A stretch of DNA of 64,000 nucleotides from positions 19,048,567-19,112,566 of the forward strand of contig CM120649.1 of NCBI GenBank assembly GCA_051362555.1. The letters run 5' to 3'. Shown in pieces: positions 26,658 to 41,703 of the stretch; the stretch's first letter is position 1; every line of letters starts with the position of its first letter. The position numbers and the translations under genes were made by a program. Origin of the DNA: Lingula anatina (taxonomy: Eukaryota > Animalia > Brachiopoda). The notes beneath the pieces were generated by a model. The model saw only the letters and a list, made by a program, of their open reading frames with translations, searched no databases and had not been told where the DNA came from.

Positions 26658-27733
26658 AGTGGTTATTGGTTTAGGACAGGAAAATGTTACTTGATTATTT
26701 TACTTAAAAATGTGAAGTGGAAACATGACTTGAAGTAGAATGGGTTAGGAAGGTGTAAACTATTAGCAGAGTCTGAAACATATTTAAGACAGAGGATGGA
26801 AATTATTGGTGTGAAGCCTTTTGTGACATATCTTAAAGGGGGTGTCTATCACCTTTTAATTAATGCCAAATGTCAGCTTCATTTAATCATTATGTTCAAA
26901 GCAAATTGCAACCAAAGACTTTTGATTTTAGAGATTTTTCTATGTAATGTTAGGTTATGTTATCCCAATAAGAACTCATTGCAGCTTGTTTTTATCTTAT
27001 GACATAGCTTCTGTGTGTTATTTATTATCATTATTTATATTGTTGTTGTTGTCTTTTTGAAAGGATTAGAGAGTTGGTATGACTTGACATTACTTGGGTA
27101 TTACACCTATGTAATATTTATCAGAATTTGCCAGATCTTTATGAAAAAGACTATTTTGATGATAATTATTAATTCTTCTCTTTTTCTGTTCATATTTGTA
27201 TGACTTAGGGGTTGGTCAAACCCATATTCTTTTTTAATAAATGTAAAAATTTGATATAAGTATTTTAGAATTTATTTGATTCTTTTATATTTTATATGGT
27301 TTAATTTTTACTACATTCTTAACATTACCCACCAAAGAAACCTTGTGAAAGAACCTGTAATCAAAGATGATGGATATGCGGAAACCTCTCAGTTTGAGCT
27401 CAATATTCCATCATCATTTTTCATTATTTTTTTAAAATAAAGTGCATGTATAATAATGTATCTTTTCTTCAGCTCTCCTTGTCACCTGGTCACCCGGCTG
27501 CTCTCTTCTCACAGTTTTTTGTATGTTTTTTTACCTTCTTTGTATAGTATCGGGGGTTCCAGTACAGATATATGTGTCACTTCTGAAGTGAGCATCTTTC
27601 AAATCTGTTAATAAAATGGTCAAAGTGGCATTTTCAACTTTTTGCTTTTTCTGGGCCTCCCTCCCTCTCCCTCTCTCCTTACAAAACCCCCTCCCTTCCC
27701 CTCCCCTCCCCCTCTCTCTCTCCTAACAAAACC

Positions 27734-27786
<53 letters not shown>

Positions 27787-29494
27787 TTTGACCCCCCTCC
27801 CTCTCTCCCTCCCACTCATTCTCTCAGATGGCATGTTATATGGTCAAATTATATTCATTGATATGCTTTTAGCAAGACAGAACATTACCCTCAGTTCATT
27901 AAAAAAATATAGTAATTAGGCTAAATTTATAAAGCTGTATGTGTTTGTGTTAGATGTCCTTTTCCTCATTTGCAGCCCTGATTGAATGGGCATTTTACTC
28001 CAGCACTCAGTTTTCTCACAGGTTGTAGAAAATGAATAATTTTTCTCCATAACAAGGGTCATTGGGTCAGAATGCTTGTTGTTCTGTGGAAATTGAAAAA
28101 TGAAAGATGTTTCTTTTTTTACTTTATCTTGTGTTTTGATAAAGAGGATTGCGCTCTGTGTTGTTTGCACTCGGTGCAGGCATAGATTCATTAATACAAC
28201 TTTCTTTTGTAAGTGGATATTTTTGTTGTCGATAAGAAAAGAGTGCTGTGCCGTGTTTATGTCGCCTTTATCACCAATAAAACCAATGTCAAATAAAGCA
28301 TACATAATGCACCATTTCAAGCATTCACTCATGAACAATTACCATCAGTAACGGATCAAACTTTAACATATTTGATATACCAAACTCTATTCAACAACCA
28401 AACTTTAATGAAGTCTGTTAATTATATTTGAGTTAATTAAGCCCCAATGTTTATTGGCCTTCCCCCAGCCATCAATACAGAGAATAAAAGCCCAATTGTT
28501 ACAAGGACGTGTTAAAAGCCAACAATTGAAGACCCTTGTTCAAACCTATTGATACTTCTAAGCTACCTACTTCCGAGTCCCACAATACGGACAATTAATA
28601 ATAGATTATTTATTCATAAGTATTTGTGACCGTTTTATTCAGCTTTATTGCCTTATTGAAAATAGCTGAACTGTCGATGTGTTTACCTCCAAATAACAGA
28701 AATGCCGGGGTTCCGTCTTCAATTCTTTCTTCCAGCTATACATAATCCAAAGATTTCATTAATTTCATATTCAATCCAATAAGAGACATAATTTTCATTA
28801 TTATACGCCTATTAGCATTTTCTCATAAGACACTGATTGAGTGTGTGTGTGTGATGTTGGGGGTTCAGTAAGCTGCTAGTGTATGGCAGATTCAGGCAGC
28901 CTAGCTTACTGCACCCTTTCTATACATAAGTTTTTTGTTTTTTTTCGGTTAGAAATTTTAACTACTTCTGTTTCATGAAAATTATTTTCCGTCAAATGAG
29001 TATATTAATTTAATTAGATTAATCTTAGCTAATTTACACTGTTTGTATGGTGTTTGTGTGTATGATGGACTGTGTGTATACATTTGTACATGACTGGGGA
29101 CATGTGTGTGTATAATTACACTGATTAGTATCAGACAAGATTTTTTATTTTTTTAAACACATTACAAACTCAAGTTCCTTCTTCAGATTTCCACAGTTTA
29201 TATCTGGTGTAAACCAATGCCTTATCATTTCTATGATTTTACAGATATCAGCAAGAAAATTTGTCTGATCAGACTAGTAAATTAAACTAGTAATTTTATT
29301 TTCAGTTAACAACAGTTTCAGCAAAGACAAGACCCTCATCTGCTGTCTTAAAAAAAATGCAGAGTTCTCTGAAGTGGAACAGTTTTGTAACAACATACCT
29401 TGTAGCATCATGCTTCATTACGCATTAGTGAATACTTCGAAGCCTGAGAATAGAGTTGTTATTTTAAACTGTGTAATTGGTGGTGTGAGATGCA

Positions 29495-29790
29495 TATGTA
29501 CTTTTGTGTCTGTATGAGCATGGTCGTGTGTGTATATTTATGTGTATGTTTGTGTGTGTGGACATGCATATGTGTATGTATTTATATGCATACATGTATA
29601 AATGTTACTATGTATAGATATGTGAGTGTATGTTTGTGTGTGTGTTTATATATGTGTGGATGTGCATGTACGGATGTTTGCATGTGTGTGTATACTTGGG
29701 AACGTGTGCATGTAGATGCGTGTGTTTGTGTGTGTGTGGTGTGGATGTTGTGTGTGTGTGCTTGTGTGTAGATGTGTGTGAATGAATGTG
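29495..29790. repeat. Degenerate (TG)/(TA)-rich purine-pyrimidine tract
   Basis: Direct read; it explains the spurious V/C/H/T-rich ORFs here. Confidence 0.9.
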
Positions 29791-30704
29791 CACTGTCGTT
29801 AGTAATGTGCTGGCATAATGATGTCATCTCCAACAAAAATGACTCTCAATGTTTTTCTTTCCTATACAGGGTTTGGGGCAGACTTGTTTTTAAATTATTT
29901 AATTTATGCAATATCACATATAGTAACTTCTATTTTCTTTGTCAATTTTTTTTACAAAGAAAATAAGCGTAATAGTTGTTTCTGTCATAGAATAACAAAG
30001 TGCAATAGATTGCTGATGAATTTCTACTAGAACGAGGTTGAGATTGTCTGAACACACCTGAGGGGTTAAGTGTGACCACACCTGAAGGGTGAAGTCTCCC
30101 CAGTGGCAGTAAGCAGCTACTATACACCCCGAGGCACCTTTCACACCTTCTGTTTTTGAGAGTTAATCGCCCGAACAGCAAACCTGTGCCGTTATGTCAT
30201 TGAGAATTGTTTCTCCCTCGTTGAGTGTAATTTCTTCTCTATAAAATGTGATAGTTCACCTTTTTAGACCTTGTGTCAGACACTCAAGTTTCTTCAATTA
30301 AGGGAGCTGACTCCATGCTGAGTGATTTGAAATGGTGAAGAAAATGTTACCGTGCAGTTAAAATAGACCGCCAACAAACAGCAGGTTCTACTGGGAATTC
30401 ATTGCGTCAGTGTTTAAAAAAGCAGCTTTTAATGATTTTTCTTCTTCTTTCTTTTTTTTTCACTTTTTTGTTAGTTGAAAAGTCGGTCTACACAAATCAG
30501 GTCTGACGGATGGATGGAGATGATTTGGCAAAGATCAATCCTGCAAGTCAAAAATAAAATGATTTTTTAAAAATTGTTTAAGGTGAGAAATATTTGTCTA
30601 TCTATGTTAGCATAATAATTGCTTTGAAAAAGCTTTTACTGTTTCACTAATTTACACTAGAACTACTGGATCTGCTAGAGTAGTACCCGGTTTGACAAAG
30701 GGAG

Positions 30705-31010
30705 CAGGGGCTGATCCAGTATTATTTGAAGAGGGGGTCTGCGGATGTGAAACCGTCCATCTTCCCCCCCCCCCCCCCTTGGCGTGGGGTTCGGGGCCTG
30801 CTAAAGGGCCCCAAAATTTATGGGTATTTTAGAGGCAAACGGTGCCATTTGGTACAGTTTTAATACTATGATTCAGCTAGTGAAAATTCTATTTTCAAGG
30901 GGGGGGGGCATTGGTGTAATTTTTTTTATTCAGAAATCTAAGGTGGGGGGGGGGGGGTCAAGACCCACCTGCCCCCCCCCTCCCCCCCAAATAAAAAAAA
31001 TCTGCCACAG
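30705..31010 (-). mobile_element. CAG...CTG MITE, family F1 (5-bp TSD GGGAG)
   Basis: Reverse-complement homologue of 60273-60549; GGGAG at 30700-30704 and 31011-31015. Confidence 0.8.
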
Positions 31011-34000
31011 GGGAGTGTTGACACACATTGAGCAGTGTTCCACAAATTTGTACTGGGATTGACGGAAAGCTTAATATCTAAAAGTTTTCCTGTGAGACAC
31101 TTCTGATATAACTTCTGAACGCCTTTTCATTTGGCCTAATAATCTCCATAAATGAATTATGTCATAATCCAAAATGTCTCATAAAACTTGTGATAATATA
31201 TGCAGTTTGATTGCGAGGAAGTTATGGAATCAATTCAATTATGTGGATTTGTGCAAACTAAGTTTGCATAAATTAATCTCTTCTATTCAATTCCATTGAC
31301 AGTTATTGGGAATAATCTCATAATTAAGTAAATTGAACACGTGAGAGATTATTTGTATGGTAATTGCCATTATAGATGATAACTTAACTGCATACTTTAC
31401 AGAATACGATAAGTAGTATTGGATCACTTAGAAGACTACATACATTTCACTCTTCCTATTTGAAGAAAAATAAAAAAGCAAAAAATGGATAAATCTAGAC
31501 TTTGTGATTAAAAGAAAAAAACCTTTTCAGCACATGTTTAAATCCTTAAACATTGTGATTGCCTTATTTGAATGCAATGAATAAAAAAGTCCTCAAGAAA
31601 AATTTGACATGTCTAACAGAGATTCTGCTTGGAAACGTCCTTTAACTTATCTTTGCATAACAATTTTCCATTCATCAAATCACTTGGTGGCCTGATTTCT
31701 GAAAGCATCTTCCTTTCATTCGATTTGTGATAAATAAAAAACAACAGATTGAATCAGAAAAAAAAAAAAAACATGGCTCTGATAGCATTGCAGCTTTAAC
31801 TTTTTTCTTTTTTAATATTGCTTTGAAAAAGAAAAAAATGACGAATAAAAACTGGAAAATCAAACGTCTCCCACTCTGTACTTCTTTCTGAGACCTTCTT
31901 TGGAATATTTTTGCTTTATTCATACTCTAAGTAAGAACAATCACTGAACAAACTGCAGTTCGCTCTCTCGATGAATCGTTTCTTCTTTATCTCACTAAAG
32001 CATAATAAAATGGCTTAAAATAATAACATAAAAGGCTGTCAAACAGTCTGACCACCAGAAGTACCTTGTTGTACTGAGCAGTATAATAGAAACATGGCAG
32101 GACTAGCGTCATTCACCAACTAAAGCAACGCTTGACATTACCGGGAACCTCAGATGTGTCACACTCTGTAAATTCCAATTGCTTTTCCTGGGAAATCCTC
32201 CCATTCATGGAAAAGCTCCTTTGGTTGTGTGCCTGACCTCCCTGACCAATGAAATGGAAGAGGTCTGTTGCCTTGGTGATGACCTTTGGCCTCAGTCTTG
32301 TTTTTTAGTGTTCATTCTGGGCCATAGGGGGCATCAGCTGAATTGTATGTCACTCGTTGAGAGTAATTTTGCAATTATTTTGTTAAAATTTTTTTTCTGT
32401 TGAAATATATACCCGTATTTTTTCAGCAACCTTCCACGTGTATAAGATTTTTTAATTTACCGTGTTTTTACACCAATAAAATAAAGTTTTCTAAATAAAT
32501 AAATGATAGATAATAATAAAAAAAACTGAGCTTTGTGCCTCTCACATATTTTTCTGGAATAACATGATAATGAATTACGTGTAGGCCCTACATGAGCTCT
32601 AAAGAAAGGAAAATTGTTAAAGTAAAGATATACACATAACCTACTTCAGCACTGACATAGAACCTTAGGTCAAATTTTAGATCAGAGGGGTCCTCTCATG
32701 GCCAGAATTAAGGACAGGATGTCCCCCCTCCCCCACCTCGAGCCCCTCAGGAACCCCCCTCCCTGTCCCTTCTGGCTGCCTTGATTGTAGGATAGTGTTT
32801 TGCCACTTATGTCTTAAGCGGAGAAATTATCATTACATGCACTTTTGCACAAAGGCATTTTTTTAAAATAGCATCTTTTTTTAATAAACTTTTCTTACAT
32901 CTGTGTTAATTAATAGGAATGATTCTTTTTAATCTTTTAAATGATTTTATTTCATTCTGGTTCCACTACATTAAATTACCACTTTGAATTTATTTATTCA
33001 TTTATTTATTGTCTGTATTCAGTTGACTCTTTTATCCTATTGTTTTCTACTTTCTCTAGTAGGTATAATCTTTTTCAAAGTTATCTTGGACTTAAGATTG
33101 GTGTATTCTCTTAGCAAATCCAGATTAATCACACTTCATTAATTAATCTGAAGACAGTTTGTCAAAACATTTTTTATTCCTAAATAAACAGAATATCTGA
33201 GGTGTGAAAAGCTTTCCAGTGTCCTTACTGATTCACATTGCTTCTCCTCCTTCGCACCATTCACAAGGTACAGCAAAAATATACACACATCACTAAGTGT
33301 GCCACACTTCATTTAAGACACTTAAACCCCAATGTCCCCGTGTCTTGTCAATACTCCCACCTTATGCTTAATCCCCTTGTGTACCTTTATGAACATCTGT
33401 TTGATTAAACAAAACACTTTTATTTTTAGGTCCAATAAAAGGTGTGGCTCTAGCACAAATAAGACACAAACTAAATGAACTTCCTTTACGTGACATTTGA
33501 CCTCGGATTATTAAACCTGACTTAAAAGTTACAATCATTCTTTGACCATCCTTGACAAGCCAATCAATGTGTATTGTGGTGTAATTCAGATACGCTCAGT
33601 GAGTATCATTGCCTGCGTTCTCGCCTTGGTTAGTCGCACGAGCGTTCTTTTCATCAGTCACAGATATGTGTTTGTTTTACCCACTGTGATGAAAGCGTTC
33701 CCTGAAAGTGTGCAGTCACCGGTGCCGGATCCTGATGACTAAGTTTTACCTTGCTTGGCACAATTTGTATGACTTCCATCTAGTGAATACTGATGAAGAT
33801 GAGGATGAATCAAGACTTATTATGAAATTATATTTATTAATAATATTATTGATTTTTCTGCATTGCTTTACATATTAATTGACTTTATTTAAAGTAATTA
33901 TTCAAAAGGGTTTTTCATGAATTTGATAAAATGTCTGAATTGCCAAATTATAATTTTCACCTTTTTATATCTGGCAGCCACCCCCTAGTTGATGAAAGCA

Positions 34001-34515
34001 ACTCATTATTGTATGTTTGTTGTTTGAAATCAATATCTGTAAATGTGCATTTGTAATTTCTTATTGTAGTTTTTGGTGCATTAATTTAAGTGTATATACA
34101 TAGTAAGGTCATAGTCATTGTGAAAATGAGCTCAAACTGGAATAAATGAACGAATAAATAAATCAGAAAAAATATATCTGGCGTTTGCCTTCTCGTTCGT
34201 ATTTACTTTTGATGTGATTGTGTGTTTTAAAACTTGAAAGTGGATGAAGAGACACGAATATCGTCACATACAGAGTTTTTTTTTTTACTTTTTTCATGTT
34301 TTCTTAACCGTAAAAGATTTATGATGTCATGTATTGTAAATGGCTCTAGGATGCAGGTGGAGTACCACATATAAGAACCGATATTTTCCTCTTGTTTGAT
34401 ATGACGTTTTACTTATTACTATGATTATAATCATATGTCAAAAACATACTCAAATATAATTTTATGAAGTACTCAGATTTCACCAATGTTATATTTCTAG
34501 GAATATGCAGCACAG

Positions 34516-34737
34516 CAGTGGCCGATTTAGGGGGGGGGGTCCTGCCCCCCCCTTTCGATTTCTGAAAAAGAAATCACATCAATGGTCCTCTCTTGAAATT
34601 AGAATTTTGAAAAGTTGAATCAAACTTCATTACCGTACCAAATGACACCCCTCGCCCTCACGACAAGGTGGGGGTAGGAGGGTCGGTTTTGCATCCGCGG
34701 ATCCCCCTTCAAATAATAAATCCTGGATCCGCCCCTG
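34516..34737 (+). mobile_element. CAG...CTG MITE, family F1 (5-bp TSD CACAG)
   Basis: cacag|CAGTGGCCGATTTAG...CTGGATCCGCCCCTG|cacag. Confidence 0.85.
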
Positions 34738-37700
34738 CACAGGCATTTGCTAAAAGAATTGTCATGTAGCCTCTAAAGGAAACGATATTGGAGATAACCC
34801 TAAAAACCAGGCAAATCATTTTGATTCAAAGAGTAAAGCTGCATTTGATGTAACTAATTTTTAAGAATATGAACATGTCACATTGGATGGCAGAATATGA
34901 AAAGAAATAGGAGCCTACATTCATATTAAGACATTTTGACTCCGATATCTCTAGACATACATCGAGTAAGTTCACACATGTTACAGTACGGATTTAGTCA
35001 GTTTTGCACATTGAATAACGCATTTTAGTTAAAAAATATAAGGATAAAAACATACTTGAAATCCCTTATTCATAAGGATACATTCAGGAATTAATAATAC
35101 GTATTTCATATCATTATTGTCACCTTATGTGAGGCTTCAGTACTTAAAGGTCAGGTAAAGTGCAATTAAGTCATTGCTCCATAGGTATCATATTGACGTC
35201 AACCTTTAATTTTATTTTGCCCAAAATAAAAGTTTTAGGAGGACAATTTGAAAATTCCATGAAATTTCTCTTGACAAATTCACTCTTTCAGCGCCAAACC
35301 ACGTTTTCTTGGAACATGATGACACAGAAGTGTATATCTTATCATTTTGCCATAGTTCGAGGACAATTCAGCAGCTCAGTAGGAGACGTTATTTTGACAA
35401 GTTGTAGTATTGACGTATGTTTAATTTAGGACACGTGGAATTGTGAAAATAAAAACGTTTAACATTGACGTGTTTCACCGATGCCAATTAGTATGTGGCA
35501 GCTCACGTTAATGAATTTGTTTTTATCTTAATATTCAACAGCAAATTTCAAGGTGCGTTTTTTTTTTCATATTACAAATTGAGAATGTAGTTTTAGTAGC
35601 ACATTTACAGTCCGAAGATACCTGACATACGTTTTTTTTTTTTTTTTTTTTTTTTTTTGGGGGGGGGGGGTAAGTATAGTTAAAATGATCAAGAGGTTAT
35701 TTAGTAAGTGTGATAGAGTATATATTTATTTTTTTTCTCTTGTTCACAATTTGAATTCTGATATTTCAGCTGATGACTTAATGCAAGTGTTGTTGTTTGA
35801 ACCAGAGTGCAAAACACCGACCAAGTAAAATGTACCCAGATAAATTCTGATGACAATTATGATTTGCCCAATGGGCGCATGGTATTTGTTTTGTTGTTGT
35901 ACATAGCTTATGCCAATAGAAATATAAATGTCAATACATAATGTAAAAAAAAAAGTTTTGTAATATTGGTTTGAATAAGAAGCATCGATTCAGTGAGTTT
36001 GTGAAAGGTTATCTTTTTGAGTTGAAGTGAAAGCCCTTTCACAAAAGAAGATTCAGTTTTCAGTGCCAATTTTAAAGGAGATCAATTGTGAGGTAGGGAT
36101 CCTTTTATCCTCCTACTGAAACAGGAGAGAGAAATGTCAGAAATGGTGTTTTGGATAATTGGGATTTTGTTTTCAGTTCAAACAATAAAAGTTAATTGGC
36201 AGCATAAAGCAAGACATTGTTTTTTTGCTTTAAAATGAGGAGAGATTATTATATAAATGGATCATTGGTTTGTGAAACTGTTTTCTAGTTGAACTTTAAA
36301 AGACAAATGCCAACATAGTAAGATACGATGGGATTCTGTTCATATTGACTTGAAATAAAAGCGTTTATAACTCTATTTGTGAAACATATTTCAGGTTGAA
36401 CTATGAAGAATAATTGCCAATGGAAACTTATAAAAGCTGGTTTCTTTATGAAAAAAGCAGATGAAAGTGGTTTGTTGAATTGAATGGGGAAAAACTACAT
36501 GAAAGAAAAACCCAGGTGGTTTTTGCAGGTAAATGCGGTACATTCGCGAGGGTCGGCTCATTTCAAATTGGAACAAAAAATAAACCAAGTGATACAATGC
36601 ACAGACTGCAACTCGGGGGAGGTGACATTTCTGCCTCCTTTGCGGAAAGAACTCCACCGTGTGGGGCAAATTAAGCATTAAATTTAAAGGACATGAATGC
36701 AAGTGTTGTTGTTTGAACCAGACCTCTAACAATAAAAAGAAAAAGAGGAATATTCCCACTGCCACTTGTGAATGCAGGCCTTTAATATCATGATTGCGTT
36801 TTGTCCCTGTTGGCTCAGTGAGCAAATTTGTACTGGGGCGTGGGACATCATTCTATGTGATCCTAAACATAAAATATAAAGAAAAGGATTCACTTGTGCA
36901 GAAGTTTACTGACTGCACCTTTAACTATGTAAGTGAATAAGTGTGAAGCTTTGACGATATAACTGTACTCAACACGTGAAAAAGTTTCTCAGTGCACCTA
37001 AGAACGAAAATATATTGCTTGCTTCATGTTGATCTTCGTTGAAAATATTAATTGATTAGAAGAGAAAGTGACTATTTATTAAATCAAAAGGATCTGCCAA
37101 TACAATAGTTTGATCAGGTTCCCAACATTTTGACAATCACTTAGATTTGATGTAAATGATATTGAAAACCATATCTCCTCTCATATAATGAGCATTTGCA
37201 TGCGACCTCAGAATTTACTTACAGCTCATATGTACAGGCGAGATGTCATTGATGCTGATCTAACAAGAAATAAATACTAGGTATATTTTGATCACGTGAA
37301 AATGCTTGTACTAAATGTATGTATTTTATCTATCTGTTTATCTATTTATCATCTAAAAGAAATATTTAGAAAGGAGGAACCGCTTGCTGCGTTATTAGAA
37401 CATTTTATGTATTGCGCTGCAGAAAAGAGGTACATGTAGCTCTATTACGACGATTTTTTTATTCATGGAAGACAACCGTTTCTGTTTACTGACATTTAAC
37501 ATTTAATACAAATAGCAATAAAGGGTATTTTTCAATAGAGCTTTTACCGCACTTGTTACACAATTGGTGAAATGAAATGCGGACAGAAAACTCTCACAAT
37601 AATATTCAGATTTTAGAAATGGTATTATAGACTTAACAGCAATTGAAAGTTAATAAGCCCTCCATATAGAAAATTATATAATAATTTATAAGGGGTTTCA

Positions 37701-40209
37701 CTGATGGCCGGGTAGATGGATGAAAAAATGAGGAAAAAGCAAACTAAATTAACAGTAAATATACAGAAGTTAGATATAACATTCCAACACATTTCATTAG
37801 AAATTATTAATATGGAAAGATGATAAAAATGAATGAAATAGTGTTACCAAAACTGGAACTTATTATCATCTTTTGACCAAGATTTACTCGTCTGACTTCG
37901 AAATTCGTAAGATATTAATTCCATACTTATACTCTTTACTCGGTAAACTCAACGCCTTCTTGGTCTCCGACTTCTTGTTATCTGGGCGAACTGCTTCAAA
38001 GTGTTTTTTTATCTGTGTAAAAGACGATTCGATACCTTGAGAAGCAACCAGTAAGTGACCATGAAATTAGTGTTTTAGATAAGGATAATCACTTATTAAC
38101 TGTCAGTCACTTAAAATGGGCTGAAGTGTGACGACTTTTATTTTCAATTTTTTCCATCATTTTTTGTATTATGATTCTTTCATGATTATATTAGTAGGCA
38201 ATCTCAATGATTTTCAGCATCAGAAAGTTCTATGCATTTGAATGAAGCAAGACAAAAAAAATAATCAATTTCTGCGGCAAAGTTGTTAATTTAATGATGT
38301 GCCTTCCTTTGGGTAGTACTCGCCCAAACTTAGTTCGGATCTTTATTCCTGGAAAATACAAGCAGGCGGAGGGGCGTTTTTTCCAGTTATGATTCCCTGA
38401 TATTTGGAATTGAGAAATGGTTAGATATATTCTATTTTCGTCTAATTTGATGATAGATAAATGTGTGATACAATCTGAGAATTATTGGAAACGACGTGGA
38501 TGATTGCCTAAGGACAAATGTACTGCCCTTTAATTTTACGGGTTTGGTGATTAAATATAGCATCAAATGTACTGACTTTCAGGTTGCAGCTTAGCTATAG
38601 AGACGTTCGATGAAATTGGAAGGTGTGCTTTTTTTTCAACAAACTTTATAGACTTATTACAGCAAAACATCCAAGTCAAAGACAAAATTATATGATTCAT
38701 GTGGTTACATGTCTTGTATAAAACGCGTAAGCTTAATAGATATATATTCTGTAGACAAATAGGTCCACGGACTAGGCTATGAAGTTTTAACAAATTTAGT
38801 CATTAAATATAAGATGCATTAAAAATGAAAACAAATCCAGAAACGCTGTATTGCAACAGGGCCAATATACAATTAGTGTTACTTTACTTTTCTTCCTTAT
38901 GAAAATAGTAGATGAACAATTAGCATGTTCGTGTCGTACCCACACGTAGAATAATAACCTCCTTGAATTAAGCCCTTTTCCGTTTCTACTTCTACAAATG
39001 TAATTTCGACATTTTCCGAGTAGCAGGTGCACGATACTTGACATTTTGACAGCTCTTCCGCACACTCCCTGGTGGTGGGGAATTAGATGCAAGAGGAAAT
39101 CCTGTACCCTAGGTTCTAGATTTCGGTATTGCCAGCTCGATCTTGATTTCATATATAACCCACATCAGCAGCTAACATGAAAATGTATAGTGAGCAAGTT
39201 AGCTTTATAGTGCCCTAACACTCAGGGTAAAACCCCGTCGAACAACTAATTATTCAAGATTTCCCCATGGTTTCTCTTATCCCAGAATCGCCCTCTGTTT
39301 CTCTTATCTCAGAATTCGACCTCTGTCTATCTTTGATGGCACGACACGTTCTACTGAAATCCACCTGCTATGATAAAAATAATTAATTAATTACCTAAAT
39401 AAAATCCAATCTTCATTGATAAAAACGTTTAACAGAACATTTGAAACCCTATACTGAAGTTTTTGCTTGAAGCCTGTTTATATGCAGACACTGTGTGTGT
39501 CTGTAAATATTCTGGTCACTGTATCTGTCTGTCTGTACATGTCTGTGTGTCTGTCTGTCTGTCTGTCTATGTCGTTGCAGCTGCCGTCTGTAACATCAGT
39601 CTCTATAATAACTGTCAAACTGTATTTTCGTTTTACTCTGAATTCACTAAGGAGCCCTACATGGATTTGGTTAAAAAGGGCCCCTTTCGAAAATCGGCAT
39701 GATGGGTTTACTTTTACAAAATTCATTAATTGTTGTCTAGTTTTTTATTCATGTTTTATTTCTTTCATATATTAAGCCATATTAATTATCACTTTTTACG
39801 ACTAGTTGATGAATTTCATATTCAGAGTATATTAAACTTTTCAACATTTTACCAAAATAAAATGAGTTGCCACAGAAGCTGCATAGCAGTTTTTTTTGTG
39901 TAAAATCTTGTTCATAAATCTGTGCATTTCAGTTGTGGCGAATTCTCACATATTTAGACCTACATTACACAGCTTAGAATTGTGGAAAATACTAGGCAAG
40001 AGAGTGCCGCGTCTGATACTTAGAAGTGCGTACTGATACACACCTTGAAATCCGGTAGCGTGATTCGATCTACGATAAATTCTCGATCCTTCCGTGCCGC
40101 GTCTAGTAGTTGGGCTGGTCTGATTTTGAGATTTTAGCACTTGGGAAGTTGCTGAGCTTATCTATGTAAGAAACCGTGTTGCATTTAGCACAACACAAAA
40201 TTTATATTA

Positions 40210-40323
<114 letters not shown>

Positions 40324-41194
40324 CTGTGAGAGAGTGAGAAAGAAAGAGAAAGAGTGCACGGGGCGTTTTTTCTTTTCTTTTTTGGTCTTCTTTTTTAATC
40401 TTATTGATTTGTTTATTTTTCCTTCCTCATATAACTGTATAACTGCAAAATTAATTTCTCTTCTTGGGCGAACCGTTCTGCTTTAATCGCGCATTTCAGA
40501 ATACCAGCGAACTCGTGCTATTTTGTTTCCCTTAAGATTAAGCGGTCCATTTGCACCTAAATGAACACCCTGTAGACTTGATTGACGTTTCTTAGAATCG
40601 GAATTATTAGTGAAACAAAGCCGGGGCGAGAAAGGCTAATTGAAGCCTTGTAGCTTCCCTAACCTTTAACGCTGGCAGCGGGAGGTATCTTTTTTGTCAT
40701 TTTTACACTTCTGTAAAAGATTAAATACTACATAGTTATCTTGTTGTTTGGGAATATTCCCCCCCTCAATTCTCGCGTGAAGTCGTTCGAGGTGAATGGC
40801 TTGTAAAGGTGTGTTCAGACAGGGTTTCAATCCTTAACCGGGTTTAGGTCCTGGTTAAGCTATATGAAAACACATTGGTTAATTAATTAAGTAACTTCGA
40901 TTTTTTAAGGTTGTTAATTTTGATTTTCTGAGAAACGTCTCTCGGGCCAGATGTACTTCAGGGCCACTTATACAATTACCATATCATTTCCGGCGGGTAA
41001 AATCTCAAATTCATTTTGAAATGAAGCGTTTTAGTTCTTGTTATGTGTTTTAGCGCCGTTTTTTAGGGGCGGTTTGTCATAAATACACATTTATATGCGA
41101 CAATTACCCATTTGACATCGCTTTTGGCGCTACAGCGTCTATAATGTTGGCTCAATAGCAGACAAAAGAAAAATATTCAAATGAAAATTTCAAA

Positions 41195-41507
41195 GGCCTC
41201 ATTCAGAATGAAAAGAGCCGAGTGCTAGCTAGGCCACAACCTAAATATGGCGGACCTACATGAAAGGAAGACCGCTTAATCCTGTAATGGTATCTCTGCC
41301 TCTGTCACGCCTCCCCACGCGTCGTCCCTGCAGGGGCACAGTTATTAAATCTCTGCTCAATCCAACCGGTCGAGGGACGACGCGTGGGTAGCCGTCTGAG
41401 AGGCGGAGAGACCATTACAGGATTATACGGTCTTCGTTTCATGTAGGTCCGCCATATTTAGGTCGTGTCCTAGCTAACACTCGTCTCTTCGCATTCTGAA
41501 TGGTCCC
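41195..41507. mobile_element. Foldback (palindromic) MITE with ~135-bp arms and ~43-nt spacer
   Basis: CATTCAGAATG...CTAAATATGGCGGACCTACATGAAA...CCCACGCGTCGTCCCT, followed by its reverse complement. Termini resemble the GGnnnCATTC ends of the Harbinger-type MITEs. Confidence 0.8.
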
Positions 41508-41620
41508 ATAGTGGTTTACTTTACACTTGTAATATACTGAAGACAATACTGACACCCGTACACATGTATTATCTCTACAAGCATATATAAAGTGACGCGT
41601 CCCAATCATATTTATTTATT

Positions 41621-41703
<83 letters not shown>

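Noticed and set aside
29490-29836. V/C-rich and H/T-rich ORFs; also poly-I, poly-L, ER and YI ORFs elsewhere
   Set aside because: Translations of microsatellites.
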